36,847 nucleotides of DNA from Candidatus Dadabacteria bacterium RIFCSPHIGHO2_12_FULL_53_21 (lineage in GTDB: Bacteria > Desulfobacterota_D > UBA1144 > Nemesobacterales > UBA2774): NCBI GenBank assembly GCA_001775255.1, contig MFCJ01000037.1, positions 1 through 36,847 of the forward strand. The letters run 5' to 3'. Made by a program: the position numbers and the translations under genes. Shown piece by piece: positions 34,871 to 36,847 of this stretch. Below the pieces are notes generated by a model. It saw nothing but the letters and a program-made list of their open reading frames with translations. It ran no database searches and was not told where the DNA came from. How positions within the stretch are numbered: the first letter of the stretch is position 1; each line of letters opens with the position of its first letter.

Positions 34871-34911
34871 AATCGTCATTACAATATTACAATCGAATAA
34901 AAGGGCACGGT

Positions 34912-36847
34912 ATGGAAGGCGAGATCAGAATCGAGGGAGCCAGGGAAAATAACTTAAAGAATATAACGGTCTCGATACCCTGGCATAAATTTACGGTCGT
35001 GACCGGACTGAGCGGTTCGGGAAAGTCCTCTCTGGCCCTGGATACGCTCTATGCGGAGGGTCTCAGGAGGTATATCGAGTGCCTGTCGACCTACGCGAGG
35101 CAGTTCCTCGAGCGCGTCGACCGTCCGGACATGGACGATATATCGGGGCTCCCTCCGGCCGTTGCGATCGAGAGCAGGAATACGGTCAGGAACTCGCGCT
35201 CGACGGTGGGTACGACGACCGAGGTATACGATTATCTGAGACTCCTTTTCGCCAAAGTCGGCAGGATCCTCTGCCCCGAATGCGGCAGGGAGGTAAGGCA
35301 CAGGTCGCCCGGGGACATCGCCGGGGAGCTGCTTAGCGGCCATGAAGGGAAGAGGGTTTTAATCACTTTCCCCCCCGGCAATTTAAATCTGACGCCTGCC
35401 GAGCTGTTATCGAACGGCTTTACTCGAATAATCTCCGGGGAAGACATAGTGGAGGTCGAGGGCCTGTCAAAGGTCCCCAAGGGCTCGGAGATCGTCCTCG
35501 ACAGGCTGGTCCTGGATAAGAAATCCCGTTCCCGGATAGTTAGCTCGCTCGAGCTCGCCTTCGAGGAGAGCAGACATGTGAACGTCCGCATACTCGACGG
35601 CGAGACCCTGAGGTATTCGGCCGGCCTCGAATGTCCGGCGTGTCATATGAGGTTCAATGAACCGACCCCTCTCCTTTTCTCCTTCAACAGCCCGCAGGGC
35701 GCCTGCCCGGAGTGCAAGGGGTTCGGCAACATACTCGGTCTCGATCCCGACCTGGTTATCCCCAATCCCGAAAAGAGCCTGTCGGGGGGCGCGATAGAGC
35801 CCCTGACAAAGCCTTCGCTCAAGCCTCAGATGAGAAAGCTCCTCCACTTCGCCGAGGAAAGGGGGATCTATACGGATAAGCCTTACAATACGCTCACGGA
35901 TAAAGAGAAGGAGCTCGTTTTCGATGGCGGAGCCGGATTTCCGGGCGTCAGGGGTTATTTCAGACATCTCGAGGAAAAGAATTACAAGATGCATGTGAGG
36001 GTATTCCTCAGCAAATACAGGTCGGCGTTCACGTGCGATGCCTGCCGTGGGTCGAGGCTCGTGAAAGAGGCACTCTGGGTCAAGGTGGGGGGTGTGAACA
36101 TATACGAGCTTTCCCTGCTGCCGATAGACGTGCTCGGGGAGTTCTTCGAGGAGCTTATACTCAGCGAGTATGAAAAAAAAATCGCTCACGAAATTATGAA
36201 GCAGATTAAATCGAGAATAGATTTTCTTATAAAGGTCGGCCTCGAATACCTCACGCTCGCCAGGCTATCGAAAACCCTGTCGGGCGGGGAGGCGCAGAGG
36301 GTGAACCTCGCCTGTCAGCTGGGCGCTACGCTGACGGAGACACTATACATAATGGACGAGCCCTCGATCGGGCTCCACCCGAGGGACGTCGACCGTCTCG
36401 TCTCTCTCATCAAGGAGCTCAGGGACAGGGACAATACTGTGGTCGTGGTCGAGCACGATTTCGAAATGAAAAAGTCGGCTGACAATATTATCGAGCTCGG
36501 GCCCCTTGCTGGCGAAAGGGGAGGGGACATAGTCTATCAGGGAGAGGTGAAGAATCTCCTCAACGGCTCCGTGGACTCCCTGACGAAGAGATATATAACG
36601 GGCAGGTCGAAGATCGAACAGCCTTTGAAGAGACGCAAAGGGAGCGGGAAATCCCTCACGGTCACGGGCGCAATCGAGAATAATCTTAAAAACCTGACCG
36701 TTTCGTTTCCGCTCAGGACGTTCATATCTGTAACTGGGGTCTCTGGCTCGGGGAAGAGCTCCCTCGTGAACGATGTGATTTATTCGGCCCTGGCGCGCAA
36801 GTTCAGGGGCGAGGTCGAGAGGGTGGGGAAATACGGGGATATAAAAG
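34912..36847 (+). CDS. uvrA: Excinuclease ABC subunit A (UvrA family), 3'-truncated by the window edge
   Basis: Not in the ORF track because it has no stop in the window. I translated from the ATG at 34912 to the end without a stop: MEGEIRIEGARENNLKNITVSIPWHKFTVVTGLSGSGKSSLALDTLYAEG... Zn modules CPECG.../CPACH.../CPECKG/CDACRG are present, as are the ABC signature LSGGEAQRV, Walker B LYIMDEPS and the second Walker A GVSGSGKSS. The minus-strand ORFs here are shadow frames. Confidence 0.9.
   Translation, partial: MEGEIRIEGARENNLKNITVSIPWHKFTVVTGLSGSGKSSLALDTLYAEGLRRYIECLSTYARQFLERVDRPDMDDISGLPPAVAIESRNTVRNSRSTVGTTTEVYDYLRLLFAKVGRILCPECGREVRHRSPGDIAGELLSGHEGKRVLITFPPGNLNLTPAELLSNGFTRIISGEDIVEVEGLSKVPKGSEIVLDRLVLDKKSRSRIVSSLELAFEESRHVNVRILDGETLRYSAGLECPACHMRFNEPTPLLFSFNSPQGACPECKGFGNILGLDPDLVIPNPEKSLSGGAIEPLTKPSLKPQMRKLLHFAEERGIYTDKPYNTLTDKEKELVFDGGAGFPGVRGYFRHLEEKNYKMHVRVFLSKYRSAFTCDACRGSRLVKEALWVKVGGVNIYELSLLPIDVLGEFFEELILSEYEKKIAHEIMKQIKSRIDFLIKVGLEYLTLARLSKTLSGGEAQRVNLACQLGATLTETLYIMDEPSIGLHPRDVDRLVSLIKELRDRDNTVVVVEHDFEMKKSADNIIELGPLAGERGGDIVYQGEVKNLLNGSVDSLTKRYITGRSKIEQPLKRRKGSGKSLTVTGAIENNLKNLTVSFPLRTFISVTGVSGSGKSSLVNDVIYSALARKFRGEVERVGKYGDIK

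Noticed and set aside
34871-34911. LexA/SOS box upstream of uvrA.
   Set aside because: I found no match to any LexA-box consensus I know. Only the ATTACAAT tandem repeat is present, and it is reported separately at low interest.
34954-36725. Several minus-strand ORFs across 34954-36725 listed in the ORF track.
   Set aside because: The plus strand is one uninterrupted uvrA reading frame with both Walker A motifs, the ABC signature and the zinc modules. The minus-strand ORFs are Arg/Pro/Ser-rich shadows.

Overview
This is a 36.8-kb chromosomal segment from a diderm (Gram-negative-type) bacterium. I cannot place it taxonomically from sequence alone. Coding density is high, ATA/AGG/CTC codons are used heavily throughout, and there are no rRNA, tRNA, CRISPR, transposase or integrase genes. 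All family calls come from motif recognition by eye; no database search was run.

Gene content, left to right:
- A partial Rrf2 regulator divergent from Mn-type sodA, then a divergent sigma-70-family factor and a small Gly-rich membrane protein.
- Class II ribonucleotide reductase nrdJ, with a promoter overlapped by two NrdR boxes.
- DUF924, SnoaL-like and DUF3568 lipoprotein genes.
- A three-gene cassette at 8277-13349 (described below).
- An exported protein, a DAACS transporter, a YpfJ Zn-peptidase, a PP-loop ATPase, a SAM methyltransferase and a secreted protein.
- An acyl-CoA thioesterase, a small Cys-rich lipoprotein and an MDR quinone oxidoreductase.
- A minus-strand type II secretion operon, gspC-D-E-F-G-H-I-J-K, ending in a RavA/MoxR-like AAA+ ATPase.
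- dacB (PBP4), a HAD hydrolase and a partial uvrA.

The stand-out is the cassette at 8277-13349. It holds two tandem paralogs, each a SLOG-like (DprA/LOG-type) nucleotide-binding domain fused to a double 2-TM SLATT-like membrane module. They are followed by a membrane-anchored TIR protein whose extracytoplasmic part is a duplicated six-cysteine DUF4189-like domain. I read this as a candidate Thoeris/CBASS-like signalling system: TIR signal producer, SLOG sensor, SLATT membrane effector, with a receptor-like TIR. This combination is not among the characterised systems I know.

Secondary oddities:
- gspI has its prepilin leader in frame but no canonical start codon.
- The GspD secretin carries an N-terminal LysM domain.
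- gspL/gspM are absent from the locus, and a RavA-like ATPase overlaps gspK instead.
- A perfect 21-bp tandem duplication sits in a convergent intergenic gap.
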